The position numbers and the translations under genes are program-made. The notes under the pieces were generated by a model. It made no database searches. It worked only from the letters and a program-made list of their open reading frames with translations, and was not told where the DNA came from. From Cladosporium halotolerans (lineage: Eukaryota), in contig NW_027191454.1 in NCBI RefSeq assembly GCF_011745625.1, forward strand, positions 620,001 to 684,000: a stretch of 64,000 nucleotides of DNA. Reading direction: 5' to 3'. This document shows positions 46,195 to 60,100 of this stretch, in pieces. Every line of letters begins with the position of its first letter. Positions within the stretch are counted from its first letter, which is position 1.

Positions 46195-46457
46195 GGCTAA
46201 GCATCATGAGGCGCAACCAAGCATCAAGCAAGGTAGCAGGGAAGCATCAGATCGATACTTGATCCGGCAACCTAGGAGCCGCAGACCCGATTTTTCTCGA
46301 CCTTCTCCAGCTTCCAATGGATCTCGCATTTATCCGGTCAGACCGCACCCGCAATCTGGAGAACGATCTGAGGGGAACACGCTCGGATGTCGGCATCTAT
46401 GGGTCTCGATAGACTGTATTGAAGCTCTCAATCTTGAACCGCGATGTAACGGCTGAT
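46195..46457 (+). promoter_or_regulatory. Candidate XlnR-type (GGCTAA 46195-46200, GGCTGA 46452-46457) and CreA-type (CTGGAG 46356-46361) sites upstream of the GH30 gene
   Basis: Hexamer matches within ~550 bp upstream of a xylanase-like ATG. Short motifs like these also occur by chance. Confidence 0.3.
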
Positions 46458-46745
46458 GGGCATTACGATGAATAAGTCGTTCTCAGGGCTATAGCATGGT
46501 ATCCTGTGAGCCTGAACACAAGAAAGTGCATGCTCTCTGCTCCTCACAACGTCGAACTGATGGAGCATTGCAACTCGCCCACGAGATAATCCATCAATGT
46601 CACACTTTAGGCTCTATGGATCAAGGCATGCCGAGCAAAATGACGATTGCTGGTTCAATTCATCCGGGCACAGCATTCAAAATGCTTCGCGAGAACATGC
46701 AACGATAGGCAATCCAAATCTGCATTCCACCAGAACACGAGCAAC

Positions 46746-48318
46746 ATGAGGAGCTCCAGCATCCTCTCGTGCCTCCCATTGGCAGCTGCCCAGTACTACA
46801 GCTACAATCCCGCTGGAATCGACACCACCGTCTCCGTCAAAATCAATGGCAACAACAAGCACCAAACCATGATCGGAGGCGGCTGCTCCGGCGCCTTCGG
46901 CATCGCTTGCGACCAGTTCGGTGCCGCCGGCCTGTCCTACGCCAACCAGCAGGAAGTGACCAAGACGCTGTTCGACCAGAACATGGGCGCGTTGTCCGTG
47001 GTGCGCAACCTCATCGTCTCCACGCCGCAGGGCTCTATCCTGCGCTCGTGCCCCGCGACTCCGGCCGGTCCGTTCAATTACACTTGGGACGGCAACGACA
47101 ATTGCCAGGTCAACTTGACCACGACGGCGAAGAAGTACAACCCCGACCTCTTCGTCTACGCCGATGCCTGGTCGGCGCCGGGCTGTATGAAGAGCAACAA
47201 GAACGAGAGCGACGGCGGCTTGCTCTGCGGTGTGCGAGGCAGCAACTGTACGGCTGACTGGCGGCAAGCGTACGCGGACTACTTGCTGCAGATCGTGCGG
47301 TTCTACAAGGAGAAGGTCAACGTCACTGTCTCCATGCTTGGCGCGTACAACGAGCCGGACTTCAACCCGGGGTATTACTCTAGCATGCTTTCTGATGGCT
47401 ACCAGGCGAAGGACTTCCTGGAGGTCTTGTACCCAGCCGTCAAGAAGGCGTTCCCGGATATGAAAGTCGCGTGCTGCGATGCGACTGGCGCGCGGCAGTT
47501 GAGGGATATCTTGTACCAGCTGAACAGGATTGGTGGAGGGCATCTGTATGATGTGGCGGTAAGTGATGGGCCGAATCCCCGCTTAGAATGACACTGATTG
47601 ATCCCTGCGGCAGACCTGGCACAACTATCAATCCGAACCGAAGGAGGAATACAACACGCTCGGCCAACCAAACCTCGAGACAGAGTGGGCAGATGTAGGA
47701 CGACGATCCAGCGACCATGACCGCTGTGTTTACTGACTTCTGTCCCAGGGTACTGGCGATTGGAACGGCAACTGGGACGTGACCGGACAATTGGCGTAAG
47801 TCAACCATCCCACTCGCACCGGCACCGCACCCCGCTAACTCCCCAACAGCGAGGGCTTCCAATGGGCAATCTACATGCACAACGCCTTCACTCGCTCCTC
47901 AACCTCCGGCTACACCCACTGGTGGTGCGCGCAGAACACGACCGGCGACAACGCTCTCATCAAGCTCGACGGCGACTCGTACAGCGTCTCCGGCCGCCTG
48001 TGGGCCTTCGCTGGGTACTTCCGCTTCGCACGGCCGGGCTCTGTGCGGGTTGACGCAAGCAGCAGCGCGGAGGATGTATACGTGTCGTCGTTTGTTAATG
48101 AGAACGGGACTGTTGCCGTTCCGGTCATCAATGCGGCGCACTTTGCGCAGGAGATTGATGTTGATATGGAGGGCTTTGGAGGCTTGACCAAGGCTACCGC
48201 TTATCTGACGGACAACATGCACAATGTGAGCTGCGTAGACCAATTTGCTTTGAAGGGGGAGAGGTTCAGGGCCAAGGTTGAGGCCAGGAGCATGAAGACC
48301 TTCTTTCTAGAGAAGTGA
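46746..48318 (+). CDS. Secreted glycoside hydrolase family 30 (GH30_7-like xylanase); introns 47559-47613, 47695-47748, 47796-47849
   Basis: Signal peptide, QTMIGGGCSGAF, YADAWSAPGCMK, WRQAYADYL, acid/base NEPD, nucleophile ETEW, and RLWAFAGYFRFARPGSVRV. Confidence 0.9.
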
Positions 48319-49134
48319 AGTGGGAAAGGGTCAGGAGATGGATCATGATAGAATCTAAGACCGTCGATAGAGTTAACCAGTCGAAGTTGAATTGCCGGCG
48401 CCGTACCCTACGTTCCGCTTGCATTTCCGGCTGGTTCAGCTCATCTCAGGTTGCTCAGAGCAGGAGGGCGGTGGTAGGTACCGCATGGTCATTCCCCCGA
48501 TCAGGCAACAATGAGAGTCAAAGTCAGGAGGATAGAAATATCTCCTGACGTGTTGTCGCTGCTCCGCCAGCTTCTCGGCCGTACGAGCCTTGGCTTTGTT
48601 CTGTCCGCTGAGAGCCTGGAGGCACCCAGTGGCGCAGTGCAGCTGCACGGGCGAGAGTGCAGGTTTGCGCTAGACCAATTCGGGGCTCGACTGCGAGTGG
48701 GTTGATGCGCGCCAATCACGTCCACGTACCGAGATAGCAAGTACTTCACTTCGCGTCGCCATCGCAATGTCCATGGACCGCAGCATGCCACATGTCGAGA
48801 GGTCGCGTATGGTGCCCGATCTGGGCGTCATGTCAACGTGTGTCAGCTCTTTGTACTCTCGGCCGTCGGCTCAGCCTCATTGTTTGTTCTATCCCCAAAA
48901 GAGCAGACATTGCGAGGCATACGTCCGTTAAGGCACCATGATCCAGGTAGGATGACTTCGAGCATACAGTTGGCTCACTCTATAAGACCGCATCTCCAGC
49001 GATACTTTCTCATATCCTTTCTCATCCGCAAGCACATCCAAACAATACAGTGAACATCACTCAAAGATAACAACAATACCAACGCCCTCAGAATCTGGTC
49101 TTTTCCACAACCAACTAACCAACAACTTCGGACA

Positions 49135-50227
49135 ATGGCTTCCGAGCAACCTCAACAAGACGAATGGAGAGAATGCACCTTCGACACGTGCACTATCGAG
49201 CAAAGCATTTTCCAATACCGACCCAGCTTGCCCGCCAATGCGTTCTTCATCGCAATCTTCGGTGTCAGCATGATCATCCATATGTACCAAGGATATCGCT
49301 GGAAGCAATGGACTTTTGCCGCCTTGTTCGCACTCGGGTGTGCCTCGGAGATGATCGGCTATGGCGGTAGAATCATGATGTACCAGAACCCGTGGAACTA
49401 CACGGGCTTCATGGTGCAAATTGGTGAGATTGTGTGGCATGTTGACAGACGGACCAAGAAGTACTGACTCTGGTAGTATGCATCACCTTCGCGCCAGTCT
49501 TCATGTCAGCCGCTATTTACATCACCTTGTACAAGAGGTAAGCGACACCGAAATATCGAGCTGAAACCATTCAAGCTGACAGCCACCCCAGCATCATGCG
49601 CTTGTCCCCAACAAGCGCCCAGTTCGAGCCCGCGCTCTACTGCCAGATCTTCATCCCGTGCGACTGCATCTGCCTCGTCCTCCAAGCCGTCGGCGGTGCC
49701 ATGTCCTCTCAATCCGACGGCACATCCCAACTGGGCGTCGACCTCGGCCTCGCCGGCCTCTCGCTGCAGGTCATCGTCCTCTTCCTATTCATCGTCCTCT
49801 CGATCCAATACGCCTTCCGCTACCGCAGCGACGTCGCAGCCAACAAAGTATCGGGCGCAGGTCTGGACTCCAAGTTCAAGTTCTTCCTTACGTTCCTCAG
49901 CCTGGCGACCTTGGTGATTTTCATCCGATGCGTGTTCCGTATCTACGAGCTTAGCGAGGGCTACTCTGGGTCGGCGTTCCACAACGAGGGCATCTTCATT
50001 GGATTGGAGAGCGTGTAAGTTCCCTAGCATACCTTCTGTCGTCTGACCCTGGGCTTTTGAACTGACACAAGCTTAGAATGATCATGCTTGCCGCCCTAGC
50101 GATGAACATCGGCCACCCAGGCCTCGTCTTCGATCCTCGCAAGAAGGACTCCTACGCTACAACGACCGGTGTGAAGAATACAGATTACACCAGCAGCGAA
50201 GAGAACAAGACGAGCACTTCAGTGTAA
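49135..50227 (+). CDS. RTA1/Rsb1-family 7-TM protein; introns 49424-49476, 49538-49591, 50015-50076
   Basis: YRPSLPANAFF, EMIGYGGR, APVFMSAAIYITL, DCICLVLQAVGG, GLSLQV, IRCVFRIYELSEG, HPG. Confidence 0.9.
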
Positions 50228-50425
50228 GCACTGCATTCCGTGGAAGCTCTGGGTAATCGCAGATCTCGGTTTTCCCTTTGTCAATTCGGTCACTGCTCAA
50301 GGTCAATCTCTTTGGGCGCTCAGATAGATCGTGAATGATTCTAAATGCACAGCAACTTAGCCATCTCTGCTATCGAGCTGCTTTCTCCGAGGCCAAATTC
50401 ATCATCCTGGATCCACTTCTCAACC

Positions 50426-51803
50426 TCACTTCCCCTCCCCTTGCCTCCTTCCGGCCCCATCCTCCTCCCCCGACTGCAACTCATGCACATGCCTCTCAGC
50501 CGGCAACTCCATAGGCGGTGACCCATCCATCGGCTTCGGCGAATGCTGATCCGTATAAAAGCTCGCATCTGGATGCGAGAACTGGCTCGAGTACGTCGGG
50601 AAACTCTGCGGCGACAGCACCGGCGGCGAGCTGCCGACGCTGTACGCCTGCCAGGAGTCTTTCTCCTGCTGCGCGAAGTAGGGCGAGGATTGCAGTGGCG
50701 TTCCGGCGGGGAAGGGGCAGGAGGTTTGTTGGATTTGGGGAGGTTGCGAGCGGCGTTTGCGGCGGAGGAGGACGATGAGGATTAGGGCTGTGAGAGCGAG
50801 AACGAAGACGGCGATGCCAGCGCCGATGCCGGCTTTGGCGCCGACGGAGAGGCCTTCTGGGCTTGGGGTTTGTTGGGATGTGACGTTGCTGTTGCTTGTT
50901 GCGTCGGTAGATGGTGAGGCCGGTGTTGCGGTTGTGGATGCTGCGGCGGAATTGGTCGATGGCGATGCTTTTCCTTTGGCGTTGATCAAGACCACCGATG
51001 TTGGCTGACTGTATGTTGCCAGCTGAGACACGTAGGTAGGTGTATCTGTTCGACTTCGGTCAATAGATTCCTCTGAATTGAGAGCTTTACTTCAATCGTA
51101 GGTTGGACTTACAGCCAGAGACCGGCTGGTCGCTCCAAGTCTTCGACCCCTTCGCATCCGTCATAGGGGAGAAGTAGCTTGTCTCGCCGCCGTGGGTCTT
51201 GGGCACTGTGACTATATTAGAAGACAGCGGAAACACCGAGCACTTAGGGGTCTCGTGCGTGACACATAAGGAGCCAAGGCTGTCGGGGCGTAGAAAGCCA
51301 CTCTGGCGTTTGATCCCATGGCTTGACAACCTCTTGGCTCGAGGCGTAGCAGATCTGTGGTCGAGTTCCATTCACATCCGCAGCTTTCAGGCGAATGGCA
51401 TGCCCATGTGTCGCGGACACCAGGTGGGTCCACGCAGTTGACTAAAGCGATCCACGGTGATAGCGCTGGGCATTGTTAGTTTGGGCTATGTCCATGAAGA
51501 CAGGGCTTAGACTCCGATACTAGTATTGAAACCGCACTTATACGGGCAGACCTCGTCTTTATAAGTAATATCTGTGCAGCCATACTGGTAAGTGTTGCCG
51601 GTGTCATGATTCCAGCAGCTATTGCCGCTCAAACAGACGTCGCCGAGCAAACAACAAGCCGATTGCCCATCGTTCGTACAGGGCACGAGGCTCGCCGGCG
51701 CGCGGTTTTCAGCACCAGGACCATAGTAGCACTGCTGCTGAGCATAGGCGGACAACGCAGAATATGGTATCACAATAAGCGACAAGCGAAGGAAATGAGC
51801 CAT
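50426..51803 (-). CDS. Secreted Cys-rich single-pass membrane protein (Mid2-like architecture); introns 51466-51520, 51206-51258 (GC-AG), 51046-51112
   Basis: Signal peptide, CYY..PC..SACC..GDVCLSGNSC..YQYGCTD..CP ectodomain, S/T stalk, GLSVGAKAGIGAGIAV TM segment, RRKRR stop-transfer, ELP/HEL tail. Exon phases are consistent. Confidence 0.82.
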
Positions 51804-52812
51804 CGTGTCGGATAGTCAAAAGATTGACCGCTCCAGACCAGGAGAAAGGAGTTGCAGAGAGGAAATCTCTCAGGGGAACTTCAAAAGGCATCTCGTTTTC
51901 TTCTTGTTTCCGCTGTGCAACATAAGCGCCGTATCACTGCCAACATGCAGCCAGAGTCCAGCCTCTCAGCCGCGAGCTTATATCACACACGACACGAGTT
52001 GCCGACGGAGGCGCCGTGTCAGGTGCAGAAGCGAGTGGCATTACTTGCGTCTGCATGAGAACTGTGCGACCGGAACTCCTGGGCTAAGGCGGCTATCCGT
52101 CGCCAAGTTGCGCTTCATGTGAAGCGCGACAAGGATCGAGGTTGTTGGGGAGTCTACACAATTGACTTGCCTACAATCTGTTGAACGCAGATCGTGGGTG
52201 TTGATTCGTAGCTTTGAAAAAGAGGCTGTCGTCGCTGCCAAGGTTTTCAGAGGATAACTGTGTCGAAAATGGCGAAACGCGGCTCCAGATCTGTCGGCCT
52301 CCGCCCAATTGCTTGCCGTTCGCACGTAGCAGGTAATAAATCTCAGAGCTGAGATTGCCTTGCAGCAACATCCGTCAGCATCAGCTTCACGCGGCTGGCG
52401 CAGACATGGGGCTGAATTCATTATATCAGGCGACATCCTTGCCCTATTGGGCTGATGCATGCAGCGAGAGTCCAATTTCTTGTTACCTTCAGTCTTGCGA
52501 TTCTGAAGCTGCTGACCAATGCAAAAAGCTGGTTTCCTCCGGACATACTGATGAGTTGCGAGCAGAACTTGCGATGCGCAGCAAATCATCGCCGCCGCTG
52601 CCCATTAGCACTGTCGACATAGACATTCCAGTAAATCGCCTGCGCCGGAGTGTGCGCCTCTCCATCTCGCCGAGCAATCGATAGGACTAGGACTGGAGAA
52701 TCAACGATGAGCGGCTGAGCAACGGTACTATGAGAATCAGGTGGACATGGAAAAATAAATCGATTTGCATCTTGTGCCCCAAACTCCTTTACCCACGGTT
52801 CTCGTGCCCGTT

Positions 52813-54300
52813 TTAACCCACAACCATCCAATATGATCCTCCAAGCGTGAAAGCAAGCACCAGCGCCGTCAAAATGCCCGCACCGGCTTTGTCTCCGCCC
52901 GTGACCGGGTCTGTGTAGACAGCCGGCCTGTCGTCCGGAGTGCCGGCATCGGTACCAGCGTTGGGATCGCCCTCACTTTTACCGCCGGTGTCTCGCGTGT
53001 AAGGGGGCTTCAGATCTGCTATTCGGAGCATGTTGGATCCAATTGCGGACAGTGCACTCATTTGCTGGCCGACACCTTTAGATCCGTCCCAGGTTGTTTG
53101 CGTCCATTTCATGCCACAAGTGCTTCCGTCATCGCCACCGCTGCATTGGCCTCCTGCGGCCGTTCCGCTGGCCTTGATGTAGGGCCAGATTTGGTCGGCG
53201 AGCTCGGGGACAAGTTGTGCTGTGACGGCGAGCCAGCGCATCGTGTAGCCTTTGAATGTGAATCCGTTCGTGTCGCAGTTTCCGATCGGCTCGCAAGCGG
53301 TTTCGACTATAATCTGTCGGGTTGCAAAGAATTCTTTGAAGGTGCGATCGACGAGACCTTTGAGGGGCGGCATCCACTTGGCGTCTTCGGTCTGTTCATT
53401 GCTGGTTAGTACATGCGCGATAATCTACGAGAGGTGCGGGACTTACCTGGTTATATAGGTATGCGAGTCCAGCCACGTAGAAGCCGTAGTTGTAGGACCA
53501 TTGCTGATCGTTGGCAACCGAGCAGTCCTTGCCGATGTCCGTTCCGTCGTTGACCTGGAAAGAATCCTTCTCGAAGAGCACCGAGCCTGAGAACCAATTC
53601 CATTCCTTTTCCGCCCATTCAATGAAAGTGTGGTTCCTAGTGTATCTCGCCAGCTGGCTCGTCAAGAGGAAGAATCCACCGTTCGCTGCAATGTTCTTGT
53701 AGTTGTAACCGTTGTTCCATCCGAACATCTGCCATCTCAAACCACCACCGCAGTTGTCGTCCCATCGACTAGCCTGGCCGTTAAACACTGATTGCGCCAT
53801 GGCTGCCCATGACGGCGCGTTTTCGGTCGGAGCAGGGTAGTTGTACTCGGCCGCTTGCATCGCAGCAAAAGCCCAGAAGATCTGGTCATCGTTGCCTTCT
53901 GTTTTACTTTGATTGGAAGGGACGAAACTTTCGCCGCCTTTCGGTCCAGCCTGGTGACTAATGGCTTGTGTGGTTTTCTCGTTGTATGTCGTGTCTCCAG
54001 TGTCTATGCGCAGGCAAAAGGTCAGCCAAATTGGACAGCACGGCTTGCCACTTGATGCAACATACAAAACCAATACTCAACCAAGTTCATGAACATAGCA
54101 CCGGCTTCCCACCAATAGTACGGATCAGGCAAGTTTCCAGGAGTGTCGCCGGGCTGATATCCGGTATAGTAGTTCATCATGTTCTTTGCGATGATTGAGG
54201 TTGCAGATTTGATCGAATCCTGGTCGTCGACGTTCACATCGATACCCACGGCCTGGCTGGCCAGCAGCGCCGTGCTGGCCCATTTCAATAATGACCTCAT
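52813..54300 (-). CDS. GH76 GPI-anchored endo-alpha-1,6-mannanase, Dfg5/Dcw1-like; introns 54004-54065 and 53392-53446
   Basis: Signal peptide, PYYWWEAGAM, catalytic GNDDQ, CGGGLRWQ, YKN, WSYN, FKGY, and C-terminal DKAGAGILT GPI signal. Confidence 0.93.
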
Positions 54301-55177
54301 CGTTGCCCAGTATGTCACAAACAAAAAGAGAGTATAGCGACAGACACAGAGTGAGAGAGCGTGGGGACTGGGCACGAAGAGGGAGGAAAGCTTGGATTGC
54401 GACAAGAAACACGAAGCGTAAGACTAGTGCGGCTACATTACCCTGGAGTACGCGTTGACGACAGCATCGGCCTCAAAGACCCACCAGTACCGGCAGTGCA
54501 AGGGCCAGCCAGGAGTGCCCATGGGCGCGGAGTGGGCTAAGGGAGGCAGGGAGCGATGGCTGAAGGATGGGCTGCGCCGGCGCTCAGGGGCACGCGCGTT
54601 CGGCGAGTGCGCGGTGCCAGCATGACGCAGAGAGCGATGCGACAGGCCAGTGTGAGGGAGAGGGTGAAGTGATGCGCCCGCCGCCAGCCGCCGCCGTGTT
54701 GCATGCGGCTCACGGACGCGTGGCAGCGGGTGCGTGCTAAAATAAGCCTCGCAAGCATCGCCAAGCTCGGGTATGCTTCCGCCGTTGGCGCGGGCGGTTG
54801 CCAGGCGCCTATCTCTCGTCATCTGTCTCGCCTTGTCCTGCTGTTGATCGACCTACATAACTATTGTTGTGCCAAAACACCGAATACAATCATCATGGCC
54901 AGCATGACAACACAACACGGCTGAGACTCGATCACGGGCGTATCCGCTGGTCTCTTCAAGAAACTTTTAAGCCTTTCACTAACGCCTCTAAGCCCTCAGC
55001 CACGGGGAACGGTCAATCTCGGTTCGTCCCATCGAGGGCCCCCACGTCGTCTGACCGTCGGGCGAGACCTGCCACCTCAAGGCTGATCGCATCAGAAATT
55101 CGGACTCTCATTCTGAAAACTAAAATACATTTGAATTCACTGCCGGGATATCCGAAAACTCCTGAAGCAGGCCTCGC

Positions 55178-56497
55178 TCACTTTGCCTTCGGCCAAACGT
55201 CTCTCATAAAGGACTCAATATCCTCCACGAACAGCTTAGGCACCTCCCAGGCGGCGAAGTGCCCACCTTCCTTGTGCTCTCGATACCAGACCATGTTTCC
55301 TGTCGTCTCTGCCCACGCTTTAGGCACCGGAGCAAGCTCTTGCGGATGCCACGAGTAGCCCATGGGCTTTTTCATGTAGAAAGCTGGGTCGTTGTGGAAG
55401 AAGGTGGGGTTCGCGCCGAAAAATTGACGGTAAGGGTAGATGGCGCGAGGGAAAGAGTCTGTGAGCCAGTACAGCGTCACGGAATCCAGCAGTTCGTCTA
55501 CAGACGGGCTCTCGGCTGTCCATGACAGGAGCTTCTCGCCGACCCTGCAAAAATGCATTGTCAGCATACGCCAATCCGTTCTGTGCTGATGCGACTTACC
55601 ACGCCAGCAGTGCAACCGGACTAGAGGACAGCACGAGCCCAATAGTCGCCGGGCGAGTGCCGTGCTCGCGCGCATAGGCGTTGCCGACCGTGCCGAAGTT
55701 GTTGTATCTCTCGAGACCGCGCTTCTCCTTGTCGCTCAAGCCATCAGGCTCTCCCTGAACGCCGATGAAAAGATTCACTATCCTCAGTCAGCTCAACCTT
55801 TCAGCACGGTCGTTCCTGTCGCATGAGGAAACCTACAATGCGCCGCCTTGCACGACTCCGCGGTAACTGCCAACACCCTCGACACGAAGCTGCCAATATC
55901 GCCACCCTGGGCAATATACCCAGCACCAAACCCAAGCCCATGCATAAGCTTATCCATCACCCTTGCAATCCCTTCCGTGTTGAAATTCTGATCCAACGGC
56001 GGCCCAGAGCTATACGAGTAGCCCGGCAGCGACGGCACGACGACATGAAAAGGCAAGTCATCCGGCGTATACTTATTCTTCAGCACGTCCAGCGCACCCA
56101 AAAACTCCAGCGGCGAGCCAGGCCATCCGTGCAACAGCAGCAGTGGCACGGCGTCCGCTTTCTTAGAGAAGAGCGCAAGGAAGTGGATGTCAAACGTGAA
56201 GCCCGTGTCGTCGTCGTTGATTGGCGCGGTGAAGTTGGGGAAGCTGTTGATGCGGTCTTCGCACTTTCGCCAGTCGTACTTCGTCTCCCAGTGCTCCTTT
56301 GTCTTCGCCAGCCAGTCGCGCGAGATGCCGAAGGAGGTGAAGTCTTTGACGTCCGCGACGCTGTTCTCGTACGTTTTGGGACCGATTTTGGAGAGCTTCA
56401 GCAGCTGCTTGAAGTCTGAGAGCTCTTGATCTGAGATGTGGGCTTTGAAGGGTTTGGGCTTGAGGGAGGCGCCAGAAGGTAGGTCGGCGAACGACAT
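55178..56497 (-). CDS. Epoxide hydrolase (microsomal/EHN-type alpha/beta hydrolase); introns 55778-55836 and 55545-55599
   Basis: YDWRKCE, LLHGWPGS, VPSLPGY, nucleophile QGGDIG, HGTRPAT, LLAWVGEK, GGHFAAWE. Confidence 0.93.
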
Positions 56498-57106
56498 TTT
56501 GGATAGATTATGTATCAGATGAAAGTGCTATTTGTACGACTACGATATTATCCGAGTGAGGCGACAGATAGATCGCCGTAGGAGCTGCTGGAAGAATTTA
56601 TTGTTTGTTTTGGATGGAGGGGCACCTGCTATTGAGCTCATGCGGTGGGCCTGCGAAAGTGGAGTAGGTTTCGGCATGCCGTTTTGACTTCATCCGTTAC
56701 ACCGAGCTCGACGAACTTCACGCGCCCTGGGCAAGCTGCAAACCGATCACAATTCCTTCATGTATGTAGACGCAATCGGTATCTATTCTGGCACTTGTAC
56801 CGGAAAGCTTCCACGATGTGTCGTTGCCGCGCGTATGGCTAAAGTGAAGTTCCGCTGGACGCTTCGGATTTCATCTTCACAATGATGACCGAGGACTCGA
56901 CGAATCCATGTCTCCTAACCATGTGATCATTTATCTATTAATGAAGTATACAGAAGTATTCATGTACCATGTCCAAAAATGCGTCAAAGGTATCTCGCAA
57001 GCAAACAAAAAATGCCGGAAAGTCGCTCATGCCACGAAAATAACCCCCAACAAACGCTCCAACATCGCTATGTCTGTCCAAACGCATGGAAAGAAGTACC
57101 CGTCGA

Positions 57107-60100
57107 TCAAGCAGTAGCCACACCATTAGACATGGCCATGTCGAGCCTTTCAGGCGCTCCCACCTTCTTGAAAGCCTCATCGTCCGCCATCTTCCCACGC
57201 GCTTGTCCAGCATGGCTGAAATAGTCCTCCGTCTTGCCCGCCTTACTCGCCTTGCGCTCCTCATGCGCGTGCCTCTTCCGCCTCTCATCATCAGCATCAT
57301 TACTATCGCTCGGCACAGCCGTCTCCTCCGAATCCCTCCTGGCCTCATGCCCCAACACCCTCTCTCCACGCGCCTCCCCCTCCCCGTCCTCCGCCTCCTT
57401 CACAGCCTCCAAGGTCCCCTCCCGAACCTCACTGACCCTCCTCCCATTCGTCAACACCCGCGCATCATCCCCGCTCTGCACGCGCGCCATCGCCGGCGCC
57501 CTCGGCAACTCCGCGACAGCCGTCTCCCGCCTCTTCTCACTAAACAAGGCATCGACATCCTGCTCCTCCCTATACGCTTTCAACGCCTCGCGCGCCGTCC
57601 GCACGCTCTCCAGCGCCCCAATGCGCGCCCAGCGCTTCTTCTCGCGCGCCAGCCGCAGCCGCGCGACGGGCCCGCCGCCGTGCTCGAGCTGCAGCGCCGC
57701 GACCTCGTCCCACAGCTCCTCGTACACGCGCCAGCCGTCGAAGACCTCGCGCTCGACGTCCCGCAGCTGAGGGCGCTCGGGGTCCGCGCCGCTCTCGGCG
57801 CCCAGCTCGCGCGAGTCCTTGAAGCCCTGCACCATGTGGGCGCGGCGGATGAAGGCGTTCGCGCCGGGCCCGCCCATGCGCTTGGAGGCGTACTTGCGCA
57901 CGCCGGCGGCGAGGTAGGCGGGGGGCGCGACGAAGGCGGAGACGGTTTTGAGGGCGCAGCCGCCGAGGCCTTTTGCGAAGCCGACGCCGAGGCCGGCGAG
58001 TTTGGCGGGCGCGCGGACTTCGTCGCGCCAGCCGTGCGCGGGCTGCGTGAAGAGGCCCGTCCAGCCGTCGTAGAGGCCGTAGCCGAATTCGCGGCGCGCG
58101 GCCGTCCAGCCGGTTTTGATGCCGGTGATGCGCATGGGTTTGCGGACCGTGGTATCGCCCCAGAGGCGCGGGGCGTTGTGAAAGCCCTGGGCGATGGCGA
58201 GGTGGAGGTCCATGGGCATGGTGAGGAGGGCGGCGCCGGAGGATTTGAAGCCGCGGCCGATGTCCTCGGCGACTTCTTGGGCGACGGTGCCTTCGGGGTC
58301 GGCGGAGATGGTGGAGTCGAAGGTGGTGTTTGTGCCGTCGCGGTGGGCTTGAGGACGTCTGCCGCCATTGTCTTCGTAGCTCCGTGGCGCTTCGGGGGCA
58401 GCTGGTGGCTGCGCGGGTTCTTCAGCGAGATTTGTTTTGGACGCTCCTTGTGCTGCTTTCTTTGCCTTCTTCTCCTCTTTCCTCTTTGCAATTTCTGCCT
58501 TGCGTCGTTCGTGCTCTTCTCGCTTCCTGACGTGTTTCGCGATTCGCACGGGGACCATGCCCACACCCTCACCGATATCGAACAGAGAACTAGTCAAAGC
58601 ACTTCCGGTGCCCGTAATCGGCTCACCAGGTCCATCGAAGTCATTCCACTCGTAGTGTCTCAGAATCTTCAGATCCGTCCACTTAAGTTTCTCATTCTCG
58701 ACCAATATCTGCGCCGCGAGAGCCGAAAGTCTCAGAGACGAGTTCCTCAACTTCCAGACCGCAGCGCGGTCTTCGAGAATCGAGCAGCGCATATTCCTGG
58801 GTCCAACGACAGGCAAACTACGGTGGAACGAGCGGACCGCGTTCTCCGCGCCATCGCCTTCGCGAGCGATCGAGTCTGAGATCTGCTGCACGTTCTTCTG
58901 CGACTCCTCGGTCAAGCATTGTTTTATACCTTCCGCCAGACGCTCGGCCGTAAGCTTCTTGTACGGGATGCACTCGTGCGCGCCCGCTTTAGCATCCGCA
59001 GTCATGGAGCCCCAGAACGGCTGGTCGCCAAAGAACGGCACGATCATCGTCGGTTTTCCGCACTTGAGGCCCATGGCCGTCGTACCCGCTCCGCCGTGGT
59101 GGACGACGGCCTTGACGCGCGGGAACAGCCAGTCGTGCGGCGTGTTCCCCAGCATATAGACGTTGTCCGGCGTAGCATTGCCTTCGCCGCCGAGGCCGCC
59201 CCAGCCCTTGTTGACCAGCGCGCGCACGCCGGCCATCTCCACCGCCTTGAAGATCATCTGCGTGAAGCGGTCCGGGTCGTCGACGACGATGCTGCCGAAG
59301 CCGACGTAGACCGGCGGCTCGCCGGCGTCGAGGAAGTCCTGCAGGTCTTGGGGCGGCTTGTACGTGCTTGCCAGCTCGAGGAAGACGAAGCCGCCGATGT
59401 CGATTTCGGGGCCCCAGTCTTTGGGCTTGGGAACGAGGGATGGGCTCCAGAGGTAGGTGTAAGGGACCTTCATGCGGTAGAGCGCGCCGGGCGCCCAGAT
59501 TTGGCTGACTGGTTCTAGTCCTAGGGTCTTTTCGCGAAAGTTGTTCACCAGGTCCCCCAAGCCTTGGAAAGTCATCATTTCCACGAGAGGGTAGGACATG
59601 AAGTTGACGTAGGATTCGCTGACGTTGCTCTTCTGCGGCTTGATGTTCGCTAGAGGATGCGGGAAGGCTTGCGTTGGCGAGTAGGGGAAAGTGAACATCA
59701 TGTGCAAAGGAATACCCAGACGCTCTGCGATATGAACGTGGGCGAACGAGGGTGGGTTGGCGATGATGGCGTCGGCGATAAAGGGGTTCTTGCTGTTCAT
59801 GAGATCGAGATTCTTCGTGTCGTTCTCTTCATCTGTGGAATTGACGCAAGCTCGCCAAAAGCCCTCAAACATCTCGGCCATCTGCTCACGTCTCCGTCCA
59901 ATTTCGCCCTGCATGACAGTGGACATATTGGGGATCAAGCCTGGGTTCTTCACCATGAAGGCCATAAGTTCGGAGGGATTGCCGCCAACGGAGAAGAACT
60001 CAAGCCCACTCTCGGAAACAAAGTCACGGAAAGCAGGGTGTGTGGCTATCCTTACGCGGTGATTATTCTGCTCTTTGAGCACCTTACCGATGCGCAAGAA

